A stretch of DNA of 41,790 nt from Candidatus Alistipes merdipullorum (GCA_019120095.1 DWVU01000115.1:1-41790), one strand, 5' to 3'. Numbered from the stretch's first letter, positions 18,649 through 27,710 are shown. Numbers and translations: made by a program. The notes: a model not told the origin generated them from the sequence alone.

Positions 18649-18752
18649 GGGCGGAAGAGTTGCTCACGACAACAAAGTTATGAATTTATTGCCGTTTTTC
18701 GCGCTCCGCGGCTCCCGATTTTGTCCCGGCGGCCCCATTCGTACCTTACTGG

Positions 18753-19544
18753 TCACCTCTCCAGCATCTTTTGTACCGCGGGCAGCCGCATCAGAGGCAT
18801 CACGGCACGTGCGGGGAGCAGACGGCACAGCAGCGTCTCGATCTTGGCGGCGAGGCCCGGCGTGCAGCTCTTGCGCGAGTGCATCATTGCCCTCAGGGCG
18901 CGGCGCGCGACCTCGCGTGCCGACATCATAAGCCCCAGCCGCCGAAGCAGCCGCCGGCGTTGCGGCGTGAGGTCGTAGAGGGGTGTGTCGACTGCCCCCG
19001 GAAATACGGTTGTGACGCTGACACCGCTGCGGCATGTCTCCAGATGCAGCGCGGCGCCGAAATTGCGCAGAAAGGCCTTCGTCGAGCCGTAGAGCGACAT
19101 CGTTGGGTATGGCGTCCATGCCGTTATCGACGACATGAGGAGTATGCGTCCCTCGCCGCGGCGGCACATGTCGGCGGCAAACAGACGGCATAGCTTGGCT
19201 GGAGTGGTGCAGTGCAGCGTCACGATGCGGTCGATGGCGGCCGTGTCGGTGCGGGTCAGCAGCCCGAAGTGCAGAATACCGGCATTGCTGACGAGAATGT
19301 CGACCTCGGCCTGCCGCGCGCGGCACCACTCATATATCTTCTCCGCGGCGTCGGCCTGCGCAAGGTCGGCATAGAGCGGTTCGGCCTGCACGCCGCATTC
19401 GCGCCGCAGCCGCTCGGCCATGATGCCGTTCTCGCCGTCACGATTGCTTACGACAATTATGTTATGCCCCGCCTCGGCCAGCTGATGCGCATACTCTGCG
19501 CCTATGCCCGACGTGGCGCCCGTCACAAGTGCGTATTTCATCAT
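18753..19544 (-). CDS. Short-chain dehydrogenase/reductase
   Basis: TGATSGIG, SNAG, YGSTK, PGAVDT motifs. Confidence 0.92.
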   Translation of the reverse strand: MMKYALVTGATSGIGAEYAHQLAEAGHNIIVVSNRDGENGIMAERLRRECGVQAEPLYADLAQADAAEKIYEWCRARQAEVDILVSNAGILHFGLLTRTDTAAIDRIVTLHCTTPAKLCRLFAADMCRRGEGRILLMSSITAWTPYPTMSLYGSTKAFLRNFGAALHLETCRSGVSVTTVFPGAVDTPLYDLTPQRRRLLRRLGLMMSAREVARRALRAMMHSRKSCTPGLAAKIETLLCRLLPARAVMPLMRLPAVQKMLER

Positions 19545-19607
19545 GTCCCGTTTTCGAGTATGTCAATATCTTGTTGTAATCCCGGCCTGTCGCCGCCGGA
19601 AACGAAA

Positions 19608-19631
19608 AGGGCGGCCCTTGGCGGCCGCCCT
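19608..19631 (-). terminator. Intrinsic terminator after the dehydrogenase gene
   Basis: AGGGCGGCC/GGCCGCCCT stem followed on the minus strand by TTTCGTTT. Confidence 0.7.
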
Positions 19632-19648
19632 CGTATCGCTTGACGGGA

Positions 19649-20842
19649 TCAGAGCTCCAGATCGCCGTCGAAGACCTCATGCCACGGCAGCCCCTGTTTG
19701 TTGAGCTGCTCCATGAAGGGGTCGGGGTCGAACTCCTCGACATTCCATACGCCCGGACGACGCCACAGACCCTTGAGGTACATCATGGCGCCGATCATGG
19801 CCGGCACTCCCGTGGTGTAGCTTACGGCCTGCATTCCGGTCTCGAGGTATGCCTCGTGGTGAGAGCAGTTGTTGTAGATGTAGTATGTGTGCTCCTTGCC
19901 ATCCTTCACACCGCGTATGCGGCAGCCGATCGAGGTCTCGCCCTCGTAGTTCTCGCCCAGATCCTGCGGGTTGGGCAGCACGGCCTTGAGGAACTGCAGG
20001 GGTACGATCTTCGTGCCGTTGTAGTCGACCTCGTCGATGCGGGCCATACCGATATTCTGGATTACGCGCAGGTGTGTGAGGTACTCCTCGCCGAAGGTCA
20101 TCCAGAAGCGCGCCTGACGTATCGAGGGGAAGTTCTTTACGAGCGACTCCAGCTCCTCGTGGTACATGAGGTAGCTCTCGCGCGGCCCGATGTTGGGATA
20201 GGAGAGAGCCTTGTGTATCTCGAGCGCGCCCGTCTCGACCCACTTGCCGTCCTTGTAGTAGCGGCCCTTCTGCGTGATCTCACGTATGTTGATCTCGGGG
20301 TTGAAGTTGGTGGCGAAGGCCTTGTGGTGGTTGCCGGCATTGCAGTCGACGATGTCGAGCGTGTGGATCTCGTCGAAGTAGTGCTTTGCGGCGTAGGCGG
20401 TGAATATGCCCGATACACCCGGGTCGAATCCGCAGCCGAGGATGGCCGTGAGGCCCGCATCCTCGAAACGCTTCTTGTATGCCCACTGCCAGCTGTATTC
20501 GAAGTGCGCCTCGTCACGGGGCTCGTAGTTTGCCGTGTCGAGGTAGCTGACGCCGGCCTTGAGGCACGCCTCCATGATCGTGAGGTCCTGATACGGCAGG
20601 GCCACGTTGATGACCATGTCGGGCTTGAAGTCGCGCATGAGCGCAACCAGAGCCTCCACGTCGTCGGCATCGACGGCGGCGGTCGATATGTTGGGTTTGC
20701 CTATGGCGGCGGCCACGGCGTCGCACTTGCTCTTGGTGCGGCTGGCGATCATGATGTCGGTGAAGACATCGGGGTTCTGCGCCATCTTGTGCGCTACGAC
20801 GGTACCGACGCCGCCGCAGCCGATCTGTAATACTCTGCTCAT
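19649..20842 (-). CDS. Carboxy(nor)spermidine dehydrogenase (saccharopine dehydrogenase family)
   Basis: IGCGGVG, NVALPYQDL, YLDTANYE, GCGFDPG, FATNFNPEINIRE, HEELESL, EEFDPDPF; directly downstream of speA; start trimmed to ATG 20842. Confidence 0.88.
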   Translation of the reverse strand: MSRVLQIGCGGVGTVVAHKMAQNPDVFTDIMIASRTKSKCDAVAAAIGKPNISTAAVDADDVEALVALMRDFKPDMVINVALPYQDLTIMEACLKAGVSYLDTANYEPRDEAHFEYSWQWAYKKRFEDAGLTAILGCGFDPGVSGIFTAYAAKHYFDEIHTLDIVDCNAGNHHKAFATNFNPEINIREITQKGRYYKDGKWVETGALEIHKALSYPNIGPRESYLMYHEELESLVKNFPSIRQARFWMTFGEEYLTHLRVIQNIGMARIDEVDYNGTKIVPLQFLKAVLPNPQDLGENYEGETSIGCRIRGVKDGKEHTYYIYNNCSHHEAYLETGMQAVSYTTGVPAMIGAMMYLKGLWRRPGVWNVEEFDPDPFMEQLNKQGLPWHEVFDGDLEL

Positions 20843-20916
20843 TTTTGCCTCTTGTCTATGAAGTTGGTTCTGCGCGGCCTGCCGGAACGTCCGCGGCCGC
20901 CGCACCACGAAGGTAC

Positions 20917-21026
20917 GATTTATTTTCCTAATTATGCACCCCTTGCGGAGGATTTATTTGCTTCTTATGCGTCTGCTGCCGGGTTCTTTATTCGCTTCTT
21001 ATGCGCCACCAGCCTGCTTCCTATGC
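20917..21026. repeat. Spaced imperfect direct repeats in the speA-dehydrogenase intergenic region
   Basis: TTTATTTGCTTCTTATGCG (20953-20971) and TTTATTCGCTTCTTATGCG (20987-21005); weaker copies near 20919-20937 and 21016-21026. Confidence 0.7.
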
Positions 21027-21069
21027 CCCATGCGGAGGTGCTGTTTGCCTCGCCGGCCCGACGGCTGCG

Positions 21070-22962
21070 TTATTCGAGGTAGGTGTAGCCGTAGAGTCCC
21101 GAACGGTAGGTGTTGAGGAACTCCTTGCCCTCCTCGACGGTGATGCGTCCCTGTTTGATCGAGCGCTTGACCCACGTCTCGAGCGTGCGGACCATCTTCT
21201 TGGTGTCCCAGTCGACATAGTCGAGAACGTCGTCGATGGTCTCGCCGTCGATGGTCTGGTCGATCTTGTAGCCGTCCTTGGTGACCGAGATGTGTACGGC
21301 GTTGGTGTCGCCGAAGAGGTTGTGCATGTCGCCCAGAATCTCCTGATATGCACCCACGAGGAAGACCCCGAGATAATATGGCTCGCCCGGCCGCAGCGCA
21401 TGTACGGGCAGGCTGTTGGTTATGGTGTTCTCGGCGATGTACGAGGCGACCTTGCCGTCGCTGTCGCATGTTATGTCCTGCAGGGTGGCGTGACGCTCGG
21501 GACGCTCGTCGAGACGCTGCAGCGGCACGATGGGGAAGACCTGTCCCACACCCCACGAATCGGGCAGCGACTGGAAGAGCGAGAAGTTGCAGAAATATTT
21601 GTCTGCCAGCAGCTTGTTTATCTTGTGCAGCTCTTCGGGCACACGCTTCATCTGCGAGGCTATGCTGTTTATCTCGCGCGTGACCGACCAGTACAGTTTC
21701 TCGATCTGGGCGCGGGTCCTGAGGTCGATGATGCCGTGCGAGAAGAGCTCGAGCGTCTCGTCGCGTATCTGCTGGGCATCGTGCCAGTTCTCGAGGGCGC
21801 TGCGCTGCGTCAGGTTGTCCCATATCTCGTACAGATCCTTGACGAGCTGGTGGTCATCGGGGCTGACCTCCCACTCCTCGGGCATCTCGGGCAGCGAGGC
21901 TGTCTCGAGCACCTGTATTACCAGCACCGAGTGGTGTGCGGCGAGCGAGCGGCCGCTCTCGGTGATGATGTTGGGGTGAGGCAGGCCGTTCTTGTCGGCC
22001 GCGTCGATTATCTGGTACATGACGTCGTTGACATACTCCTGCATCGAGTAGTTGACGCTGCTCTCGCTGCTGGCCGAGCGGGTGCCGTCGTAGTCGACGC
22101 CCAGACCGCCGCCCGCATCGATGAAGTCGACCGGAAATCCCATCTTGTGCAGCTGTACGTAGAACTGCGACGCCTCGCGTATGGCTGTCTTGATGTGGCG
22201 TATGTTGGTGACCTGACTGCCGATGTGGAAGTGTATGAGCTTCAGGCAGTCGGCCAGACCTATCTCTTCGAGCTTGTTGAGGGCCTCGAGCAGTTCGCTC
22301 GACGTGAGGCCGAACTTGCTGGCGTCGCCGCCGCTGTCCTCCCACTTGCCGCTGCCCGAGGTGCCGAGCTTGATGCGTATGCCGATCTTGGGTCGTATGT
22401 TCAGGCGCTTCGATATCTCGGCTATGAGATCCAGCTCGTTCATCTTCTCGATGACGAGATATACGCGCTTGCCCATCTTCTGTGCGAGCAGTGCCAGCTC
22501 GATGTAGCTCTCGTCCTTGTATCCGTTGCAGATTATGAGCGAGTCGTTCTCGGCATTGACGGCGATGACGGCATGGAGTTCGGGTTTTGATCCGGCCTCG
22601 AGTCCGAGATTGAACTTCTGTCCGTGGCTTATTACCTCCTCGACGACGGGATGCATCTGGTTGACCTTGATGGGGTAGACCGAGAAGCATTCGGCCTTGA
22701 ATCCGTATTCGGCGGCCGCCTTCTTGTAGCAGCACGACATGCTCTCGATGCGGTTGTCCAGAATGTCGGGGAAACGCAGCAGTACGGGTGCGCTGATGTC
22801 GCGCAGGGCCAATTCGTCCATCACCTCGCGCAGGTCGATCTCGATGCCGTTCTTCTTGGGGGTGACCATGATGTGCCCCTTCTCGTTGATACCGAAATAC
22901 GAGACGCCCCAGCCGTTGATGTTGTAGAGGTCGGCCGAATCCTCAATATGCCATTTTTTCAT
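21070..22962 (-). CDS. speA: Biosynthetic arginine decarboxylase
   Basis: YPIKVNQ (PLP lysine), GLEAGSKPEL, HFHIGSQ, GGGLGVDYDG, TESGR, DITCDSDG, GAYQEILGDMHNLFG; TATCTTTG -7 element at 23015-23022. Confidence 0.96.
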   Translation of the reverse strand: MKKWHIEDSADLYNINGWGVSYFGINEKGHIMVTPKKNGIEIDLREVMDELALRDISAPVLLRFPDILDNRIESMSCCYKKAAAEYGFKAECFSVYPIKVNQMHPVVEEVISHGQKFNLGLEAGSKPELHAVIAVNAENDSLIICNGYKDESYIELALLAQKMGKRVYLVIEKMNELDLIAEISKRLNIRPKIGIRIKLGTSGSGKWEDSGGDASKFGLTSSELLEALNKLEEIGLADCLKLIHFHIGSQVTNIRHIKTAIREASQFYVQLHKMGFPVDFIDAGGGLGVDYDGTRSASSESSVNYSMQEYVNDVMYQIIDAADKNGLPHPNIITESGRSLAAHHSVLVIQVLETASLPEMPEEWEVSPDDHQLVKDLYEIWDNLTQRSALENWHDAQQIRDETLELFSHGIIDLRTRAQIEKLYWSVTREINSIASQMKRVPEELHKINKLLADKYFCNFSLFQSLPDSWGVGQVFPIVPLQRLDERPERHATLQDITCDSDGKVASYIAENTITNSLPVHALRPGEPYYLGVFLVGAYQEILGDMHNLFGDTNAVHISVTKDGYKIDQTIDGETIDDVLDYVDWDTKKMVRTLETWVKRSIKQGRITVEEGKEFLNTYRSGLYGYTYLE

Positions 22963-23140
22963 TTCTCGCCAAGAGTTTCTTATGGGTGTTAAGCGTGTTA
23001 AAGGTAAATTTATGCAAAGATATTAAGTTTTGCGGAATTGGGGCATAAATCGCACCCAACTTATACCCGGATGGCAGGAATATGCCGCCGCGAAGATAAA
23101 AATATCCGTTTTGGAGGTTTCAGACGACCCATTTTATGTG

Positions 23141-24061
23141 CTACTCCGTCTCTACGGGCCTCCGCTCGTAGGCGTCTATCATCGAGTGGCTGGTGCGGTT
23201 GACGATCCGTGCGCCGAGTGTGCGGGCATAGTCGCGCAGCACCTCGTGGCCGCGGAAGAGCTCGGCCGTCTCGGCCAGATACGAGGCCATGGTATATGGC
23301 TGCGGAGGGTCGGTGGCATTGACATATATGGGCTCGGCGGTCTGTGCGGCGCCGTTGTCGTAGTAGTGGCTGCGGATGCGGCATAGACGGTTCCGTTCGT
23401 CGACGCAGAGACCCTCGAGCAGCGTGTGGTCCACGCCGTAAAGCTCTATGTCGCGGTATCCGAGCAGCAGGGCTATGAATATCCCGTTCTGTACCACGGT
23501 GCCGAAGTTGCCCGAGCCGAGACCGTGGCGGTAGCACCAGAACTCCACGCGGCGGAAGCCGCGGAAGAGCGTCGTATGGAAGGGTACGATGCGCACGTTG
23601 GGGTTGGGCACGGCGGCGCGGTAGTCGAAATGCTCGGGGTTATAGTATTGCACGTAGAGATTCATGGGCCAAGCCGTGCGGCTGTCGAGAGCCTTGTAGA
23701 GAGCCTCGACACGCTCGCTGCGGCCGCTGCGGCGGAAGAACTGAGGGTCCGACAGCACGTAATATTTCGGTCGCAGCGTCTCGAACTCCTCCCCGAGGGC
23801 GAAGAAGTTCACGGCCATGATGTCGCAGGCCTGCTGTTCGGCCTCGCGCCTTATGACGGGCATCTCGTGCCGCAGGGCGGGGCCGTTGCCGAGGATGGCG
23901 ATGCGGCGTGCGGGGTTCATGCCGATGGCGCCGGCGCGGGCGACATGGTTGCGGAAATCCTCCTTCACGGCCATCGTGGCGAAGAAGAGTGCGGTGTCGA
24001 AACTGTTGCGCAGGGCCTCGATTATCCGTAGTGAGAGGCGCGTATGGTGCTGTGTTGCCAT
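23141..24061 (-). CDS. Putative nonulosonate (sialyl)transferase-like protein, CstII/Maf-like fold
   Basis: ILGNGPAL, AVNFF, PKYYVLSDP and ALLLGYRDIELYGVDH motifs resemble GT42/Maf-type CMP-sugar transferases; a cytidylyltransferase is two genes away. Confidence 0.6.
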   Translation of the reverse strand: MATQHHTRLSLRIIEALRNSFDTALFFATMAVKEDFRNHVARAGAIGMNPARRIAILGNGPALRHEMPVIRREAEQQACDIMAVNFFALGEEFETLRPKYYVLSDPQFFRRSGRSERVEALYKALDSRTAWPMNLYVQYYNPEHFDYRAAVPNPNVRIVPFHTTLFRGFRRVEFWCYRHGLGSGNFGTVVQNGIFIALLLGYRDIELYGVDHTLLEGLCVDERNRLCRIRSHYYDNGAAQTAEPIYVNATDPPQPYTMASYLAETAELFRGHEVLRDYARTLGARIVNRTSHSMIDAYERRPVETE

Positions 24062-24065
24062 ATTG

Positions 24066-24093
24066 CAAAACTAACAAAATATCCCTACATTTG
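24066..24093. promoter_or_regulatory. Back-to-back divergent -7 promoter elements
   Basis: TAGTTTTG on minus (24066-24073) and TACATTTG on plus (24086-24093), both matching TAnnTTTG. Confidence 0.65.
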
Positions 24094-24159
24094 CAATGAT
24101 GCCGCCGCGCGCCGTCCGTTTGCTGATTCTGCGTGCCGTGTGCGGAGACACTTCTGCCT

Positions 24160-25119
24160 ATGAACGATCCCGTCAAGGATGCGGCGCCGCAACAGCCGCC
24201 GTGCGACATATCGGTAGTCATACCCCTCTATAACAAGGCTGCGGAGATCGGCCGTGCCGTGCGTTCGGTGCTGGCTCAGACGCTTCCGCCGCGTGAGGTG
24301 ATCGTCGTGGATGACGGCTCGACCGACGGCGGCGCCGATGTGGTCGAACGTATGGCATCGTCCGTGGTGCGGCTCGTGCGGCAGGAGAACCGCGGTGTGA
24401 GCGCCGCCCGTAATCGCGGTATAGCAATGGCCTCGGGCCGTTACGTCGCCCTGCTGGACGGTGACGACCGCTGGCTGCCGCAATATCTGGAGCAGGTGTG
24501 GCGGCTGATCGCACGCTATCCCGATTGCGGCGCATACGGTACGGGTTTCATGGTAGATACCGATGGCCGCCTCACAATCGGGGATACTCCCAACGCGGAG
24601 GGCATAGTGGATTTCTTTAGCGAGTCGATGACGCGGTATGTGCTTATCCCGTCGGCGGCGACACTGCAGCGCGATCTTGTCATGGATGTCGGCGGATTTC
24701 CCGAGGGTATGCGTATGGGTGAGGACCAGTGGCTCTGGACGGTGTTGGCGCGCCGCGCCGCAGTGGCCTTCACGCCGCAGCCGCTGGCCGTATATTCGCG
24801 CACGGCCTCAAACCGCTCGGCCGCGATATTCCGTCCCGAATCTACTTCCCACTCCTTGTATGAACTGTATGATCCTGCGACCGAGGCGATGAGCAACGAA
24901 TATATCGCCCGTGTAGCTCTGGGCAAGGCTCTGGTACAGAGTGCCGGAGGCGATACCGCAGCGGCGGCGGAGGCGCTGCGGCTCTTCTCTTACAGTCGTC
25001 TTTCGCGGCGTATAGCCCTGAAGGTTCGTGTACTCAACGCCCTGCCGCGGCGAGTGCGCCCCGCCGTGCTTTCGATGTACAACCGTCTGGCGTGGCTGCT
25101 GGCCCGAAAGGGGCTTTAA
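24160..25119 (+). CDS. Family 2 glycosyltransferase
   Basis: ISVVIPLYNK, VVDDGSTD, NRGVSAARNRG, LDGDD, GED motifs; start trimmed to ATG 24160. Confidence 0.92.
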   Translation: MNDPVKDAAPQQPPCDISVVIPLYNKAAEIGRAVRSVLAQTLPPREVIVVDDGSTDGGADVVERMASSVVRLVRQENRGVSAARNRGIAMASGRYVALLDGDDRWLPQYLEQVWRLIARYPDCGAYGTGFMVDTDGRLTIGDTPNAEGIVDFFSESMTRYVLIPSAATLQRDLVMDVGGFPEGMRMGEDQWLWTVLARRAAVAFTPQPLAVYSRTASNRSAAIFRPESTSHSLYELYDPATEAMSNEYIARVALGKALVQSAGGDTAAAAEALRLFSYSRLSRRIALKVRVLNALPRRVRPAVLSMYNRLAWLLARKGL

Positions 25120-25137
25120 TGCCGGCAGAATAGAATA

Positions 25138-25174
25138 AGAGAACCCCCGAAACGCAATGCTTCGGGGGTTCTCT
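25138..25174. terminator. Bidirectional terminator between the GT2 and cytidylyltransferase genes
   Basis: AGAGAACCCCCGAA...TTCGGGGGTTCTCT inverted repeat. Confidence 0.8.
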
Positions 25175-25180
25175 GTTTGC

Positions 25181-25831
25181 CTATTTGTTAAGTCCTGCCG
25201 CGACGATGGCTTCGGCCAGAGTGAAGTCGTCGGGGTTGTCGATGTCGGTGCTCTCGATACGGTCGGTGACGGCAACGTAGGGATGCTCGCCGATACGGCG
25301 GTGATGTTTGCACCATACGTCGCGCCCGAAGACAAAGAAGGCTGACGTCTCGGCATAGACCGGTTCGAGCTCCTGCGTGCGGGGCACGTGTGTGAGAGAG
25401 TAGTTCAGAGGCCGCCCGCCGTACCATGCGAAGGTCTGGATACGCTCGGCGCTGAAGGCCGAGTCGCATTCTCCGCTCTGTACCCGTGCCACGGCCTCTT
25501 CGATGGTCGCGGGACGTATGAAGGGCGAAGTGGCATGCGCCAGAACATATATGTCGGCCTGCACGTCGCGCGTGAAGGCGTCGTAGATCTGTTCTCCGAG
25601 CGTCGTGTCGCTGTCAAGCGACGTATCGCGTTGCAGCAGCGTGACACCTGCAGGCAGCAGCGGCGCAATGGAGGCATCGCTGCAATAGACATACGTGGCG
25701 TCGATGTTGCGCACCTGCAGCAATGTCTGCAGGATATATGTCATGAGCGGACGCCCGCCCAGCGGCCGCAGGTTCTTGCCCGCGACGCGGCTGCTGTTCA
25801 GACGTATGGGTACGAATGCTACGGTCTTCAT
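25181..25831 (-). CDS. Acylneuraminate cytidylyltransferase family protein (CMP-nonulosonate synthetase, NeuA-like)
   Basis: VPIRLNSSRVAGKNLRPLGGRPL, HATSPF, PRTQEL, DIDNPDDF; start trimmed to ATG 25831. Confidence 0.88.
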   Translation of the reverse strand: MKTVAFVPIRLNSSRVAGKNLRPLGGRPLMTYILQTLLQVRNIDATYVYCSDASIAPLLPAGVTLLQRDTSLDSDTTLGEQIYDAFTRDVQADIYVLAHATSPFIRPATIEEAVARVQSGECDSAFSAERIQTFAWYGGRPLNYSLTHVPRTQELEPVYAETSAFFVFGRDVWCKHHRRIGEHPYVAVTDRIESTDIDNPDDFTLAEAIVAAGLNK

Positions 25832-25891
25832 AGTCTCGGTCTTTGCGTATTTGTTACTTTTTTGGATCGGGCATAATTCCTTGCCTCCCAC

Positions 25892-26857
25892 TTACTGCAC
25901 GAGCAGGTTGCAGCCGCGCACGTCGGCGCCCGTGAGGCGTCCTTCGATGGTGAAGGTGCCGTCGGCGAAGGTGCGGCCCACATCCTGCGTCGAGATAAAG
26001 GCACAGGAGTATATGTTGCCCAGATCGATGATGTCGATGGCGCCGCGCGAGCCTGCGGGCAGTGTCGCCAGCGGGTCGTTCACGTCGCGCACCGTCACGC
26101 GCATCCATTCGGGGGCGCGGAAGATGCCGCCGCCCGACGAGTATGCCTGCGACGTCAGCTCCGCCATGCCGTACTCCGAGTGTATCGACTCGACGCCGAA
26201 AGCCTCGGTGAGGATGGCATGGAACTCCTGCTTGGGCAGCTCGCGCCGCCGACCCTTCATGCCGCCGGTCTCCATGACGATGGTGTCGTGCAGCTTGGGG
26301 GCGTAACGCTCGGCCATATCCCACAGCGCGTAGCTTACACCCAGAAGTATCTTCGGGCGCGGATCTCGCGACATGTCACCTATGAGTTTCTCGTATTCGT
26401 CGAGGTAGAAGCCGCCCGAGCCGCTGCGGGCGATGAGGCGGTCGACCATATAGACGAGCGACGAGCCTTCGCGTTGCAGGTAGTTGGGCAGCAGTCCGTA
26501 TATGCTCCACTTTTCGGCCGGGCCGTAGAATCGCTCGAACGAGGCGGTGAAGTCCTTCTCATAGATGGCGAGGTCGGCCATGTAGTGGCGTGAGGGTGTC
26601 GTGGCCCCTGTGTTGCTCGAGGTGAATACCTTCTGCGGCTCGCCCGCACCGCAATATATGCGCTGCGTCTTGAATAGTTCGATTGGCAGGTGCGGTATCT
26701 CGGATGGATGCTTTACCTGCTGCGGATCTATCTCCATCATGCGCAGATATCGGGCGTATGGCTCGCACTCGGCCGCCTGAAAGCGGAAAAGCTCCATCGC
26801 GGCGCTGTCGAACTCGTCTGCCGTTCCTATTTTCAGTATGTCGTCTATTCCGATCAT
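25892..26857 (-). CDS. LuxE-like acyl-protein synthetase (ANL superfamily)
   Basis: IPHLPIELFK, FTSSNTG, METGGMKGRR, SEYGMAELTSQAY, TQDVG, GR....VRGC; start trimmed to ATG 26857. Confidence 0.82.
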   Translation of the reverse strand: MIGIDDILKIGTADEFDSAAMELFRFQAAECEPYARYLRMMEIDPQQVKHPSEIPHLPIELFKTQRIYCGAGEPQKVFTSSNTGATTPSRHYMADLAIYEKDFTASFERFYGPAEKWSIYGLLPNYLQREGSSLVYMVDRLIARSGSGGFYLDEYEKLIGDMSRDPRPKILLGVSYALWDMAERYAPKLHDTIVMETGGMKGRRRELPKQEFHAILTEAFGVESIHSEYGMAELTSQAYSSGGGIFRAPEWMRVTVRDVNDPLATLPAGSRGAIDIIDLGNIYSCAFISTQDVGRTFADGTFTIEGRLTGADVRGCNLLVQ

Positions 26858-26874
26858 GATATCTCTTCTATTCT

Positions 26875-26958
26875 GATCATTGCACGGATCATTGCACGGA
26901 TCATTGTCACGGATCATTGTCGCGGATCATTGTCGCGGATCATTGCACGGATCATTGC
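26875..26958. repeat. Tandem repeat, 7 copies of a 12/13-bp GGATCATTG(T)CRC unit
   Basis: gatcattgcac, ggatcattgcac, ggatcattgtcac, ggatcattgtcgc, ggatcattgtcgc, ggatcattgcac, ggatcattgc read directly. Confidence 0.95.
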
Positions 26959-27047
26959 GTCTGACTTATAATCCATACGGGAACGCATGGCGCGGCCGCA
27001 GAAGGGCCTGAGCCGGTGCGTCAGGTACACATTCCTACACACCCGAA

Positions 27048-27082
27048 AGGAGGTGCGTCAGTTTGCATGTGACACACCTCCT
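27048..27082 (-). terminator. Hairpin/terminator after infC
   Basis: AGGAGGTGCGTCA...TGACACACCTCCT stem just downstream of the infC stop; short U-tract. Confidence 0.6.
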
Positions 27083-27104
27083 CGGATCGTGGTTCTTGGT
27101 TCAG

Positions 27105-27710
27105 TTACTTCTTGCCTTTGGGTGCAAGTATCATGTTCATCTTCTTGCCGTCGAGCTTGGGCATCATCTCCACCTTGGCGATCTCCTCCAGATCGGTGGC
27201 GAAGCGCAGCAGCAGGATCTCGCCCTGCTCCTTGAAGACGATCGAGCGGCCGCGGAAGACGACGTATGCCTTGACCTTGGCACCCTCGTTAAGGAAGTTC
27301 TCGGCATGCTTGAGCTTGAAGTTGTAGTCGTGGTCGTCGGTCTGGGGGCCGAAACGTATCTCCTTGACTACGACCTTCACCTGCTTGGCCTTGATCTCCT
27401 TGGCCTTGCGCTTCTGCTGGTAGAGGAACTTCTGGTAGTCGGCAATGCGGCATACGGGAGGATCCGCCTTGGGCGATATCTCGATCAGGTCGAGCTCCAT
27501 CTGCTCAGCCATGGCCAATGCCTGCCGTATCGGTATGACGAGATTGGGCTCTACGTTCTCGCCCACCACGCGCACCATGGGTGCCGTGATTTCGTGGTTG
27601 ATACGGTTGGGATTCTCCTTTTCGGGACGTCTGCCGCGGACTCCTGCGTGGTTCTGGTTTCCCCCGCCCTGATAGGGCTTCGGCGGGAAAGGTTTTTGTG
27701 TGATTGCCAA
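27105..27710 (-). CDS. infC: Translation initiation factor IF-3 (non-AUG start)
   Basis: RINHEI...[40 protein letters not shown]; first usable start is TTG. Confidence 0.96.
   Translation of the reverse strand: MAITQKPFPPKPYQGGGNQNHAGVRGRRPEKENPNRINHEITAPMVRVVGENVEPNLVIPIRQALAMAEQMELDLIEISPKADPPVCRIADYQKFLYQQKRKAKEIKAKQVKVVVKEIRFGPQTDDHDYNFKLKHAENFLNEGAKVKAYVVFRGRSIVFKEQGEILLLRFATDLEEIAKVEMMPKLDGKKMNMILAPKGKK

Noticed and set aside
20917-21026. Possible mini-CRISPR array
   Set aside because: Repeats of 19 bp with about 15-bp spacers are too short and degenerate, and there are no cas genes.
26875-26958. Possible CRISPR or iteron array
   Set aside because: Units are contiguous with no unique spacers and there is no rep or cas gene; treated as a VNTR.
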